The notes: generated by a model not told the origin, from the sequence alone. Shown: positions 17,672-28,088, counted from the first letter of the stretch. The stretch is DNA of 46,666 bases from an uncultured Verrucomicrobiales bacterium (GCA_938091905.1 CALKOM010000060.1:1-46666); one strand, 5' to 3'. Made by a program: numbers and translations.

Positions 17672-19336
17672 TTAGGACCGCTTAGGCTTCCTCCGATTCA
17701 AAAACGCTTCACGTTGCAGACGGTACTCGCGGGAGAGCTTGATCGCCTGGGCTCGATCCGCGTCATCGTAATCCCAGAACTCTTGCACCACCGCTTCACA
17801 CTTGGGAAAATGGGAACCATCATCACCAATATCTTTACGCATCTTGCCGAAAGCTATTTTTAGCTCATCACGCACATCATTATAGGCGGGATCATCGTAA
17901 ACGTTGACGAGTTCATCGGGATCTTTCACAAGATCATAAAGCTCCCAGCCCGGCGGAGTCTGGTTCTGTCCTTCATAATCACAACCGTAGAAGTAGATAA
18001 GCTTATGCGTCTTCGTCCGATACGCCATCTCGCCCGGATTGTCATGATGCGCCATGTGCATCCAATAACGATAGTAGACCCCTTCCTTCCAATCGGCAGG
18101 CGCTTGTCCTTTCTCACAAACACTCCGAAACGATCGCCCTTGCATGCTGTCAGGAATGGAAATACCGGCATAGTCTAGCATCAGCGCGGGATAGTCAACA
18201 TTCTCAATCAAGACGTCACTCCGCTGACCCGCCGGAATCGCTTCTGGATAGCGAACGATGAAGGGCATGCGCTGCGATTCATCATAGGCCCAACGCTTGT
18301 CCTGAAAGTCTTTCTCACCCAGCCAGAATCCCTGATCACCGGTATAAATGATCAGCGTGTTATCGTAGAGGTCATTGGCCTTAAGATAATGAAAGAGTCG
18401 ACTCAGATTATCATCAACGCCCTTCACACAACGGAGGTATTTCTTCAAGTAAGCTTGATACGCATAGCGTGTGGTTTCTTCTTCCGTAAGCGCATCCACA
18501 TCGTAATCCGCGGGCAGTTCTTCAGGAAATCTGTTGTAGAGATCCACGGCATAGGACCGGCGTAGATTGCGCTTGCCAATCGAAGTACCAATGTGAGGAA
18601 GCAGCTCGTCTTCATGTCCACGGGTAGCTATCGACCCCCAGGTCTTCGGCGTGTCGTATAAAGTCGCGGGCTCGGGAATCTTCGTTTTGGCAAGATAAGA
18701 TTGATAACGCGGCGCATTCTCAAAATAGTCGTGCGGCGCTTTGAACTGGTGGCAGACAAAGAACGGCTTGGTCTTGTCACGCTTCGTCTTGAACCAATTC
18801 AAAGTCGAATCCGTGATCGCATCCGAGGAATGCTCGCCCTTGTGCGTCACCACATTCTTGGGCCACGGCTTGTCCCCCTGCACTCTGAACTCAGTGTTAT
18901 AATACTTACCTTGTCCGGGCAGCACCTTGTAGTAATCAAAGTTAGGTTCGACCTTGAGATGCCATTTCCCGATCATCGCCGTCTGGTATCCGGCCTCTCG
19001 CATAAGCACCGGTAGCGTCTGGTCCTTCGGCTCAACTCGTCCACCGAGATCAACGACACCGTTCACATGGTTGTACTGGCCTGTGAGAATGCAAGCTCGT
19101 GATGGCGTGCAGATCGCATTTGTACAGAACGCGTTCTCAAAGACGACCCCATCCCTGGCCAGCGTATCGATGGTCGGTGTGGGATTTAGATCCTTCAGCA
19201 GCGTCGCGTAAGCACCAACCGCTTGAGCGGTGTGATCATCGGACATGATGAAAAGAATATTTGGAGAATCAGCGGCGCAGAGCGGGGCAACACTCAACGC
19301 GAGGAATGCAAACGTTTGCAGAAGGCACTTAGACAT
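17672..19336 (-). CDS. sulfatase (formylglycine-dependent, S1)
   Basis: PNILFIMSDDH, CTPSRACILTG, GKWHL and YTGDQG motifs; signal peptide after ATG 19336. Confidence 0.96.
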   Translation of the reverse strand: MSKCLLQTFAFLALSVAPLCAADSPNILFIMSDDHTAQAVGAYATLLKDLNPTPTIDTLARDGVVFENAFCTNAICTPSRACILTGQYNHVNGVVDLGGRVEPKDQTLPVLMREAGYQTAMIGKWHLKVEPNFDYYKVLPGQGKYYNTEFRVQGDKPWPKNVVTHKGEHSSDAITDSTLNWFKTKRDKTKPFFVCHQFKAPHDYFENAPRYQSYLAKTKIPEPATLYDTPKTWGSIATRGHEDELLPHIGTSIGKRNLRRSYAVDLYNRFPEELPADYDVDALTEEETTRYAYQAYLKKYLRCVKGVDDNLSRLFHYLKANDLYDNTLIIYTGDQGFWLGEKDFQDKRWAYDESQRMPFIVRYPEAIPAGQRSDVLIENVDYPALMLDYAGISIPDSMQGRSFRSVCEKGQAPADWKEGVYYRYWMHMAHHDNPGEMAYRTKTHKLIYFYGCDYEGQNQTPPGWELYDLVKDPDELVNVYDDPAYNDVRDELKIAFGKMRKDIGDDGSHFPKCEAVVQEFWDYDDADRAQAIKLSREYRLQREAFLNRRKPKRS

Positions 19337-19452
19337 GGGGAATCTTCGTCGTTCCAAGGAGCTTGGCAACTTCTCGCCAGCAAAATTAAAGAATGTCTTG
19401 CCCCGTCAATCCAGACAACGAAAACATTGAAAGCAGATCAACAGCTTCAACC

Positions 19453-21540
19453 ATGAAATCTCTATCTAAACTCCATCACAAAAGCTTACTTGTCGCCGTT
19501 GCTGCTCTCGCGGGAGCCTCGGCTCCTCAGGCCACCGCGGAGCTCGCCGACGGCATGATCGCCTATTGGCCACTCGACATCATTAATGGCGAACGTACCC
19601 CCGAACTCGTCAATGGCTATGACATGACGCTCGTCAACCTCACCGCGGATGATCTCGTAGACGGGCAGCAAGGCAAAGCCATGAGCTTCGACGCCAGCTA
19701 AGACTCCCTACTTGAGCGCATCACCCAAGAAGGCGAGAAATTGCCTGCAAACCAACTTCACTCCAGCTGGTCCGTCTCTCCATGGGTCAAAGGCAAAGGT
19801 ATAGGCCAGAATCACCTCCGCGTCTTCTCTGAAGGCTCCACCCAGAACAGCAACCCGCTCTTCAATCTCGGGACGCATAGCCAAGGAACAGACGGCTCGG
19901 TCGATGTATTCATTCGCGGAAATTCTGGCACGATCAACCACGTGCGCTCTCTGGGGCTGGCCTTCGACGACGAGGGGCACATGATCACCTGGACGGAGTC
20001 TGACAATGTTATTGCCCTCTACATTGATGGGGTCAAAGATGACATCGAATTGCCCGAAGAAGGCGTGGCCCCGCTCGTTGCTCCCGAACAGACGTGTGTC
20101 ATGAACACCACCACCATTGGTGGCATCCGCCGCGCGGCAGCCACACACCAATGGACAGGGGTGATCGACGAGGTCGCCATGTGGGAACGTCAACTCACTC
20201 CGGAAGAAGTCATGGAAGTCTTCACCGAGGGAGTGCCACAAGCAGACACTATCATTACTCTAACTTTGCGCCGTTTCAGCTCCGAACGCCCCAAAGTCTC
20301 CAAAGGAGATTCCGTCATTCTCCATTGGGACGTCACCGGTGGAGATGAGACGGTGACCCAAGAGACTTCAGTGGAAATCCTTGAGGATGTTGGACCTGGT
20401 TGGACGTTGTTTGACGACTTTGAAAGGTGGGAGCCTGACAGTAATATTGTCCATGTCTCTGAAAAAGATGGCAACAAAGTAATCTCAGCGAGCTCAGGCC
20501 AAGGCATGACCCAGACAGAACTCGGAAGCTTTGCCACTACCGGTGCGGAATCCCGCTCCTTCTTCTTCCAAGTTTACCTTGAGCCCGATGGCTCTGGCAT
20601 CTTTACTAACATCGGCATTACAAACAAAGGCATTCGCTTCGTCGGCGATGCCTACGCTGGCCTCGGTGGGTTCCTCAGTATATCCCGCGATGAAGGTGCT
20701 GACAATGGCGTCCTGACCGTCGGACCGTTTGACTCAAACAATGAGCTGGATTATACCCTCAAGTCGAGCATCTGGTATAAGATCTGGCTAATGCTCCGGG
20801 CGACAATTTCGATACGATTTCCATCCACGTTCAAGGAGATGGCGAAGCCGCCCGTACTACGCTGGTCACCGACGCCGCGGGTGATCGCGGGAACATTTTG
20901 AACCATGTGTTCTTCTTCGTAGCACCGAGAGATGCTTCCACTGGATGACACTTGGCGCCGCATTGCCTGGACCGAAGAAGGCGATACCGGCATTCTCTAC
21001 ATTGACGGCGGGGCCGACACCTTCGCTGCATGGAATGTCGGTAGCTTCGAGCCAGGTGACCTCGACACGAAGTCGATTGGCGGGATCCGTCACGCAGAAC
21101 CAACCCACTGGTTCACGGGACTTATCGACGACGTTTCACTCTGGAACCGCGCCCTGACAGCAACAGAGATCGCCTCACTTACTGACGGCACAGGCCCGCT
21201 CGACCTGCGTGCTGGCAACGGCGGTGGTGGTGAAGGCGACAGCGATGGCGACGGCGACAGCGATGCCGACGAAGCAATTGCTGGAACCGATCCGAATGAC
21301 GCTTCCGACTGCTTCCACATTGCGGATCTGCTCAACGCCGAGAATGGGATCGAGCTGCCCTGGCCAGCCATCCCTGGAAAAACCTACGAAGTCGAATTCT
21401 CAACGGACTTTATCAACTGGGAAACCATCGGTACAGCCATCATGACCGTCGATGATCAGACAACCAGCGCGACTTACACGGATGCTGACGTTGATCGCAC
21501 TAGCCAGGTCGGCGCTTACTACCGGGCCGTAACCGAGTAG
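19453..21540 (+). pseudogene. eroded LamG/concanavalin-like jelly-roll secreted protein with DxDGDG motif and C-terminal beta-sandwich
   Basis: Signal peptide and LADGMIAYWPLD; in-frame TAA at 19699; LamG motifs (LYIDG, GVIDEVAMWERQLT; GLIDDVSLWNRALT); frameshifts near 20790 and 20940; DSDGDGDSDADEAIAGTDP. Confidence 0.85.
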
Positions 21541-21580
21541 GCCAGACGGGTTGTCACCGACAACCACCCTTCTATCCTTG

Positions 21581-21615
21581 CCGGGAGAGTTCGCGAGAAC
21601 TCCCCCGGTTTGCGT
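21581..21615 (+). terminator. probable rho-independent terminator
   Basis: CCGGG-A-GAGTTC [GCGA] GAACTC-C-CCCGG hairpin with a GNRA loop, followed by TTTGCGTTT, 40 bp after the stop at 21540. Confidence 0.7.
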
Positions 21616-21627
21616 TTGCTTATCGCC

Positions 21628-22164
21628 ATGATGACACGAATCACTCTAACACTATTACTCTTCGCGCTCTCACTCCTCGCTCAGAGCACGCGCACTTGGA
21701 CAGATACCGATGGTCGTTCGCTTGAAGCCACCCTCGTCTGTGTAGATGATGCTCGGTGCTATATCGATGGTGTTTCCGGCAGCCACATTTCGTCAACATT
21801 GATCGTTTATCTCAGACCAGAACACTTTCGCGGAGCCATCAACGTCGTGCGCGGCGCTCTGTTAGAGCCCTACACCATAAAGAATGAAATCGCTGGCGCT
21901 GTGAACTACAAAGCAGGCACTACCTACCCGCCCTTCCTCCCCCAACTTAAAGGTAAGCATGTCCGAATCAGCCAACGCTACCAGGACAAGCGCTGGGCCT
22001 TTGTTGCCGGCGAGAAAGACTAGAACTACGAGTTCGCCAAAGTGCCGGTCCTCCAATAGACGAAGCACGGCTACATGGCCAAGTATTTCCATGTCCCGGG
22101 CATGGGAAATCATGCGGCGCCAGGAGAGACGCTCGATGCCGTCCTCACCTGGTTGGCTAAGTAG
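21628..22164 (+). pseudogene. eroded SHD1-like domain plus alpha/beta-hydrolase protein
   Basis: Signal peptide; RTWTDTDGRSLEATLV (SHD1-like) joined directly to RCYIDGVSG (GxS nucleophile region), AFVAGEKD and VPGMGNH...VLTWL; in-frame TAGs at 22021 and 22057. Confidence 0.7.
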
Positions 22165-22175
22165 TCGCTCGGCTA

Positions 22176-24560
22176 TTGCCCCTGCCTGAGCCAGCTGCTA
22201 GGCTTGCGACCTTGAAAGCGCCTCCCGCCCTTGCCACCTGCTCTTCGTGTACTACCGAGTTTGATGTCTCCGCTTGCCCACCATTCTCCATTATGGCCTG
22301 CCCGACGTGTGGGGAAACGACGCGGGTGAGGGATGTGATCCAGCACTACGAAATCGCACGGGAGATTGGACGTGGCGGCATGAGCCGGGTGTTTCAAGCC
22401 AAAGATTCCTCATTGGATCGTCAGGTTGCTCTGAAAGTCCTGTTAGATCAGTTCAATCACGACGACGAACGCCTCAAGCAGTTCGAGAAAGAGGCTCAAA
22501 TCACTGCCAGCTTTGCCCATCCGCATGTGGTGAAAGTGTATGCCATTGGTCGCGATCATGGAGATCTCTTCATTGTCATGGAACTAGTCGAGAATGGCAA
22601 TCTCGACGAGCACATCGCCACTCTCGGAAAGGTGCCGGAACGCCAAGCTCTTGTCTGGGCTCACGAAACCGCACAAGGCCTACAGGCCGCCTATCAAAAC
22701 GGCCTGATCCACAGGGATGTGAAACCTGGCAATATTTTATTGGCCAAAGACCATTCAGCCAAACTCGTGGATTTTGGACTGGCACTGATGTTCCAACGCG
22801 AGACAGATAACTCAGAGGATATCTGGGCGACACCTTTTTACGTATCGCCAGAGAAACTCAAGGGTGAAGGGGAAGATCATCGGAGCGACATCTACAGCTT
22901 GGGAGCAACCCTCTACCATTTGCTCGTAGGCAAGCCTTCCTTTGAAGTGGTCACGGGTAGCTATGAGGAACTTCATGCAGCCAAGACGCAACCTGCTCCC
23001 ATGAAGGCACTCACGACTTTTGCCTCACGCGACACTTGTGCGCTCGTAGATCGAATGATGGCAGTGAATCCAAATGACCGCCCACCAGACTACGAAGCAC
23101 TCCTGACCGAAATCGAGAACGCCCAATCCCGACTTACTAACAGAAATGCTGGCGAACGCTTCCTCGCACAACAACGAAACAAACGGCAGCCTTCTTGGAT
23201 AAAGCCATGGCTAGCAATCGCTGCCTGCCTCGTCGCAATCGGCACGGGAGCTGTGTTATTGCTGATGGAACAAGGGACACCTTCACAAATCTCGCAGTTA
23301 GAAGGAAGCGCTGCAGAAACAGAAACCACGCCCTTCGCCAAAGCCCGAGCTCAGCTTCTATTGGGCGACTGGGACCTCGCCAGCCAAGGCTTCAACGCCG
23401 TTTACCAAGCAGAAGATACATCTGCCGGAATACGGCAATGGGCTCTCTACCACGGGGCGCTGTGTAGCCTGCTCGAAGGAAATCGATCGGCTGCCAAGGA
23501 TACCTTTCGTTTACTTGAAGCTTTTGAAGGCCCCCACCAGGAGCTGAACGACTTCTTTCAATCACTCAGTGAGTCCATGCTAGAACATGGCCCAGTTTCC
23601 AGGCGGGTTGCTGAAGACATGCCCGAAGGCTCCTGCAATCCTCTTGCGCTGTTAGTTTACGGCCTCAAAAATTGGGAATTGGACAAGCTCAGCGAGGCAC
23701 AGGCACACTGGCAACGCTTCGCAGCTATGTCACCTGGCACCGAATTCCAGTGGATCACCAACTACAAGACACTAGTCAAGGATCACCTAGCGGATCTAGC
23801 AATCCTCAAGGATCTCCGAAGGCCAAACAGTCTCGCGAGCACCGATGCCGTTCAGAAAGAAATAGAGGCTTCCGTTCGATATCAAGCCGATGCGAAGACC
23901 GAGCGAGCACAGCATATCCTCACGCAACGATATACACGCTTGGAAAAGCGGCTTCGCGAACTCAAGAACACCAAAGCCTCGTCCCCTGCATCAGCGACTA
24001 AACAAGAAACGACCGCTTGGAGAACCTTGCTCCAGGAACTCGAGCCTCTAGCAGAGACTCTTCAGTTCGCTGAAGGCATCGACCTCATCGGAGAGCGAGC
24101 ACATTTATTTCCATCAAAAGAGGGTATGCTAGGCGTTACAGACCTCCTGCATTTCTGGACGGTGGCCGATCAGTTTACGAAGTATCTAATCGAGAACCTC
24201 GCAGGAGCCGAAGGCCCCATCCAGCAACGCAATGGCAACCGAGTCCAAGGCAAGGTCGTCGCGATCACCCCCCAGCAGATCACGATTCAACTGGGCTCGG
24301 GTGAAGTCTCGTTCCCCCTGGACACCGTCACACCGTGGACCTTGGTGCGATTCGCTCGAGGGGACTTGAACGACCTCACCGACGCCAATCTCTTCTATCA
24401 ACGCCTAGAGCAGGTCGTCGCCTTTGCCCATCTCACAGACCTCAGTAAAGTAACGAGAAACCACGCGAACATCCTTTCCCGCGAGAATCGCACCTTCAGG
24501 GAGAGATGGACTCGATGGCAAGCCTCCCTGAAAACTATAGCCTCCTCCCACTCTAAATAA
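22176..24560 (+). CDS. Hanks-type Ser/Thr protein kinase with N-terminal zinc ribbon, TM and helical extracytoplasmic region
   Basis: CSSC...CPTC; IGRGGMSRV, VALK, HRDVKPGN, DFGLA and DIYSLG motifs; TM WLAIAACLVAIGTGAVLLLM. The start may be TTG 22212. Confidence 0.93.
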   Translation: MPLPEPAARLATLKAPPALATCSSCTTEFDVSACPPFSIMACPTCGETTRVRDVIQHYEIAREIGRGGMSRVFQAKDSSLDRQVALKVLLDQFNHDDERLKQFEKEAQITASFAHPHVVKVYAIGRDHGDLFIVMELVENGNLDEHIATLGKVPERQALVWAHETAQGLQAAYQNGLIHRDVKPGNILLAKDHSAKLVDFGLALMFQRETDNSEDIWATPFYVSPEKLKGEGEDHRSDIYSLGATLYHLLVGKPSFEVVTGSYEELHAAKTQPAPMKALTTFASRDTCALVDRMMAVNPNDRPPDYEALLTEIENAQSRLTNRNAGERFLAQQRNKRQPSWIKPWLAIAACLVAIGTGAVLLLMEQGTPSQISQLEGSAAETETTPFAKARAQLLLGDWDLASQGFNAVYQAEDTSAGIRQWALYHGALCSLLEGNRSAAKDTFRLLEAFEGPHQELNDFFQSLSESMLEHGPVSRRVAEDMPEGSCNPLALLVYGLKNWELDKLSEAQAHWQRFAAMSPGTEFQWITNYKTLVKDHLADLAILKDLRRPNSLASTDAVQKEIEASVRYQADAKTERAQHILTQRYTRLEKRLRELKNTKASSPASATKQETTAWRTLLQELEPLAETLQFAEGIDLIGERAHLFPSKEGMLGVTDLLHFWTVADQFTKYLIENLAGAEGPIQQRNGNRVQGKVVAITPQQITIQLGSGEVSFPLDTVTPWTLVRFARGDLNDLTDANLFYQRLEQVVAFAHLTDLSKVTRNHANILSRENRTFRERWTRWQASLKTIASSHSK

Positions 24561-24561
24561 A

Positions 24562-26169
24562 ATGAAGAACAGCGACTCAAAACCGCCGACACCAGAAGAA
24601 ATCAGCAAGAAACTTGCTGACTTCATGAAATCAAGTTTCGGCACTGATGCCCACTTCACAGGTTTCCCTGGCATGGGCGATGACCAAGAAGTGCCGGATT
24701 CAGGGGAACCGAGCGACGGACCCACTCATAGGGACGAGCCCATCTTTGACTTCAGTTACCTGCCGAAGGACATCAAACGTCACTTGGACCGCTTTGTGAT
24801 TCGCCAGGAAGATGCCAAGAAAGCATTGGCTCTCGCCGTGTGTGATCATTACAATCATGCGAAATACCTGCGACAACAAGGCGATGAGAACATCGAGTTC
24901 GCGAAACAGAATGTGGTCGTCCTAGGCCCAACTGGGGTCGGTAAAACGTACCTCGTAAAACATATCGCTGAACTCATTGGCGTTCCCTTTATCAAAGCAG
25001 ACGCCACTAAATTTAGCGAAACCGGCTACGTCGGGGGCGATGTCGATGACCTCGTTAGAGATCTCGTCAAACGAGCCGAGGGCAATGTCGAGTTGGCCGA
25101 GCACGGAATCATCTACATCGATGAGATCGATAAACTCGCCACTCGCGGCAACATGATGGGGCGCGACGTCAGTGGTCGCGGTGTGCAAACCGCCTTGCTA
25201 AAGCTGATGGAAGACACCGAGGTCTCGGTAAGAAATCCAATGGACATGCAAAGTCAAATGCAGGCCATGTTCCAGATGCGCAACGGTGGCGGCCCTTCAA
25301 AAGACGCTGTTAGAACACGCCACATTCTATTCATCGTGAGTGGCGCGTTCTCAGGCTTAGATGAGATCATTTCCCGTCGGGTCGGACGCAAGGCTATCGG
25401 CTTTGAGGCGGTGAAAGGGCGAGAGCCAGATAAAACCAGTTCCCTCTTTCGAGAAGTCAACACGGGTGACCTCATCGAGTACGGGTTCGAAGCAGAGTTT
25501 GTTGGCCGCTTGCCAATTAGAGTGGTCTGCGATCCTTTGGCCTCCAAAGATCTTTGCGAAATCATGGAGACTTCAGAAGGCAGCATCATTCGCCAATATG
25601 AGAGGGAGTTTGAGGCCTACGGCATCAAAGCAAATTTTGAACGTTCCGCACTAAGAATCATCGCGGATCGTGCGGTTGAGGAGCAGACGGGAGCGCGTGG
25701 CTTAATGACCGTGGCTGAAGCCATCCTACGAGATTTCAAATTTGAGCTAGCCAACTCAGGCATCACCGAACTCAAGATCGACGAAAAACTCGTAAAGAAT
25801 CCTGAGAAGACCTTGGCCAGTTATCTAGAGCTCTGTCAGGACTCTGACACTCAAATGGTGCAACGCGAGGTGAATACATTCTGTGCAGATTTCCAAGAGA
25901 AGCATGGCATCGATCTCACTCTAGAACTCGGTGCCATCCGCCTGGTAGGTCAGCGCAGCTCTAACAAGAACATTAGCGCCATGACTTGGTGTGAACAGTC
26001 CTTTGGAGACTTCCAATTCGGCCTCAAGCTCATTGAGAAAAACACCGGACGGCGGGCCTTCACCCTTCCTAGTCAGGCTGTGGACGATCCGGAGGGCTTC
26101 CTCAGCGATCTAGTACTAAAATCCTATGGCGACCAGAGTAGTGCTACATCTGAACCAGAGGCTCCATGA
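24562..26169 (+). CDS. ClpX-like AAA+ unfoldase lacking the N-terminal zinc-binding domain
   Basis: GPTGVGKT, DATKFSETGYVG, YIDEIDK, RDVSGRGVQ, IGF loop, EFVGRLP and TGARGL motifs; C-terminal extension. Confidence 0.9.
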   Translation: MKNSDSKPPTPEEISKKLADFMKSSFGTDAHFTGFPGMGDDQEVPDSGEPSDGPTHRDEPIFDFSYLPKDIKRHLDRFVIRQEDAKKALALAVCDHYNHAKYLRQQGDENIEFAKQNVVVLGPTGVGKTYLVKHIAELIGVPFIKADATKFSETGYVGGDVDDLVRDLVKRAEGNVELAEHGIIYIDEIDKLATRGNMMGRDVSGRGVQTALLKLMEDTEVSVRNPMDMQSQMQAMFQMRNGGGPSKDAVRTRHILFIVSGAFSGLDEIISRRVGRKAIGFEAVKGREPDKTSSLFREVNTGDLIEYGFEAEFVGRLPIRVVCDPLASKDLCEIMETSEGSIIRQYEREFEAYGIKANFERSALRIIADRAVEEQTGARGLMTVAEAILRDFKFELANSGITELKIDEKLVKNPEKTLASYLELCQDSDTQMVQREVNTFCADFQEKHGIDLTLELGAIRLVGQRSSNKNISAMTWCEQSFGDFQFGLKLIEKNTGRRAFTLPSQAVDDPEGFLSDLVLKSYGDQSSATSEPEAP

Positions 26170-26510
26170 GCCACTTACATGAGAACGCCGAGATCTCTGA
26201 TTTTCAACGTCGCGTCTATGAAGCCACCATGGAAATCCCTCGTGGCCGAGTGACAACCTACAAATGGTTAGGCCTCTCGATCGGTTGCCATTCACCGCGT
26301 GCGATAGGCCAGGCGCTCAGACGATGCCCTTTCGACTCGATCCCCTGTCATCGCGTGATCGCCACTGGCCCAAGGGTCGGGGGATTCGCTGGGGCCGATG
26401 CTGGTCCTGACATCACTCACAAGACGCAACTCTTGGAAGCAGAAGGGCTTCGTTTTGAAGATGGCCTTATCCAAGACAAGTCTCGACTTTTCACGTTCGG
26501 CCTGGAATAA
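26166..26510 (+). CDS. O6-methylguanine-DNA methyltransferase family protein (DNA-binding/catalytic domain only)
   Basis: FQRRVY...IPRGRVTTY, RAIGQAL, IPCHRVI (catalytic Cys present) and LLEAEG motifs. Confidence 0.92.
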   Translation: MSHLHENAEISDFQRRVYEATMEIPRGRVTTYKWLGLSIGCHSPRAIGQALRRCPFDSIPCHRVIATGPRVGGFAGADAGPDITHKTQLLEAEGLRFEDGLIQDKSRLFTFGLE

Positions 26511-26527
26511 TTCGACGTCATGTTATC

Positions 26528-28084
26528 ATGAAGCTGCGCTCTTTCAGACTACGCCTTGCCTTAATCTCGGCCGCCAGCGCTGCCATCGGTTTATTTGTAT
26601 TCGGTCTCGTGGCAAGTAGCCTCTGGCGCAAAGATCGCGTTAACCGTCTGGATGAAGAACTGACACGCCGTGGGCATGTGCTAGCCAGCCTTGGTCGCTC
26701 CAAAGAAGGTTGGGACAAGATTTATCAGTCGATGGAGTCGATGGTGGGCGAAGAGAAAATCGACACCCGGTTTCTCGTCGTGCGAAAGAAGAACGGCACC
26801 CCTTTCTACACATCGAACACATGGCCAGAGTCTCTCACTCAAACGGACTTCAAAGCATCGGACGAAAACTTTGAATGGCGAGGTTCGGGTCGAGACTTCT
26901 TCCGCCCCCCCGGACCGTGGAGAAATAACGGTGAGCGAGCCCTGCGTGCACAGAATCAGAAGGAAGAACGACGCCCTTCCAGACGCAACCCGTTCGCAAA
27001 GCGTGAGAGTCCTCCAACCCGCACGATTAAGAAAGCCAGCTTCTATGAAGCCTCGGATGGAGATCAGCATTGGCGAATTGGTGTCTTTGGCAACTCAAGG
27101 TTTGAGGTCTTGCTAGGTGCCAGCCTTGATGAGATGCGTGGCGAACTCCGCTCCTTATGGCTCAGCTTCGCCACTGCCTCCACTGGGGCGCTCACTCTAA
27201 TAGCACTGGGATCTTGGCTGCTCGCACGAAAAGCACTAACACCAATTGAAGCATTAACCCAAGCAACGAAGAGTGTCTCTGCCGGAGATCTTAGCACGCG
27301 CATTGACCTATCCGAAGCAGACAAAGAGTTCCAACCTCTGATCAGTGTTTACAACACCACAATGGCCCGATTGGAACGCAGCTTCCATCAAGCCACTCGA
27401 TTCAGTGCGGATGCATCTCACGAACTGAAGACGCCTGTCGCCATCATGAAAGGGACTCTCGAACGCGCCCTAGCAGACTCTCATGAAGGTTCTCGAGAAC
27501 AAACCATCTACACCTCTCTACTTGAGGAAGCGGACCATCAGCAAGCCATACTTCACACCCTTCTCATCCTCTCCCAGGCGGACGCAGGTCGGCTCCAGAC
27601 AACCACCAAGCCCACCTCTCTCAGTAAACTCGCCTCGCACGCGCTCGACGACGCTGAAATGATGGCTGAGGAAGATAACCTGAAGATACAGAGCACAATA
27701 GCTTCCGGTCTGCAGGTTGAGGGAGACGCAACGCTTCTTCAACAAGTCCTCCACAATCTCATCACCAACGCTGTAAAATACAATCAACCGCAAGGACGGC
27801 TCGGCGTCACGCTTGAAGCTGACGGAAACGAAGCCGTCCTTCAGGTGGCCAACAGCGGCGAAGCGATCCCTGAGGAAGCTCAGGGGCGTCTCTTCGAACG
27901 CTTCTATCGGGCAGAGGCAGCTCGCACCAATCGAGAAGACGGTATTGGCCTTGGCTTAAGTCTTTCGCTAGAGCTCGTCAAGGCTCACAATGGCACTCTA
28001 AAGCTGTTGCGAAGTAACCCAGAGGAAACCGTCTTCGAGTTGAGACTCCCGCTGCTCCTTCAGCCAGATCACGAAGCAGTGTAA
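26528..28084 (+). CDS. sensor histidine kinase (2 TM, HAMP, HisKA, HATPase)
   Basis: FSADASHELKTP, NLITNAVKYN, LFERFYR and GIGLGLSL motifs. Confidence 0.95.
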   Translation: MKLRSFRLRLALISAASAAIGLFVFGLVASSLWRKDRVNRLDEELTRRGHVLASLGRSKEGWDKIYQSMESMVGEEKIDTRFLVVRKKNGTPFYTSNTWPESLTQTDFKASDENFEWRGSGRDFFRPPGPWRNNGERALRAQNQKEERRPSRRNPFAKRESPPTRTIKKASFYEASDGDQHWRIGVFGNSRFEVLLGASLDEMRGELRSLWLSFATASTGALTLIALGSWLLARKALTPIEALTQATKSVSAGDLSTRIDLSEADKEFQPLISVYNTTMARLERSFHQATRFSADASHELKTPVAIMKGTLERALADSHEGSREQTIYTSLLEEADHQQAILHTLLILSQADAGRLQTTTKPTSLSKLASHALDDAEMMAEEDNLKIQSTIASGLQVEGDATLLQQVLHNLITNAVKYNQPQGRLGVTLEADGNEAVLQVANSGEAIPEEAQGRLFERFYRAEAARTNREDGIGLGLSLSLELVKAHNGTLKLLRSNPEETVFELRLPLLLQPDHEAV

Positions 28085-28088
28085 TTGT

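Noticed and set aside
26166..26510. Alkyltransferase-like (Atl) non-catalytic protein
   Set aside because: The active-site motif is PCHRV with Cys, not PWHRV.
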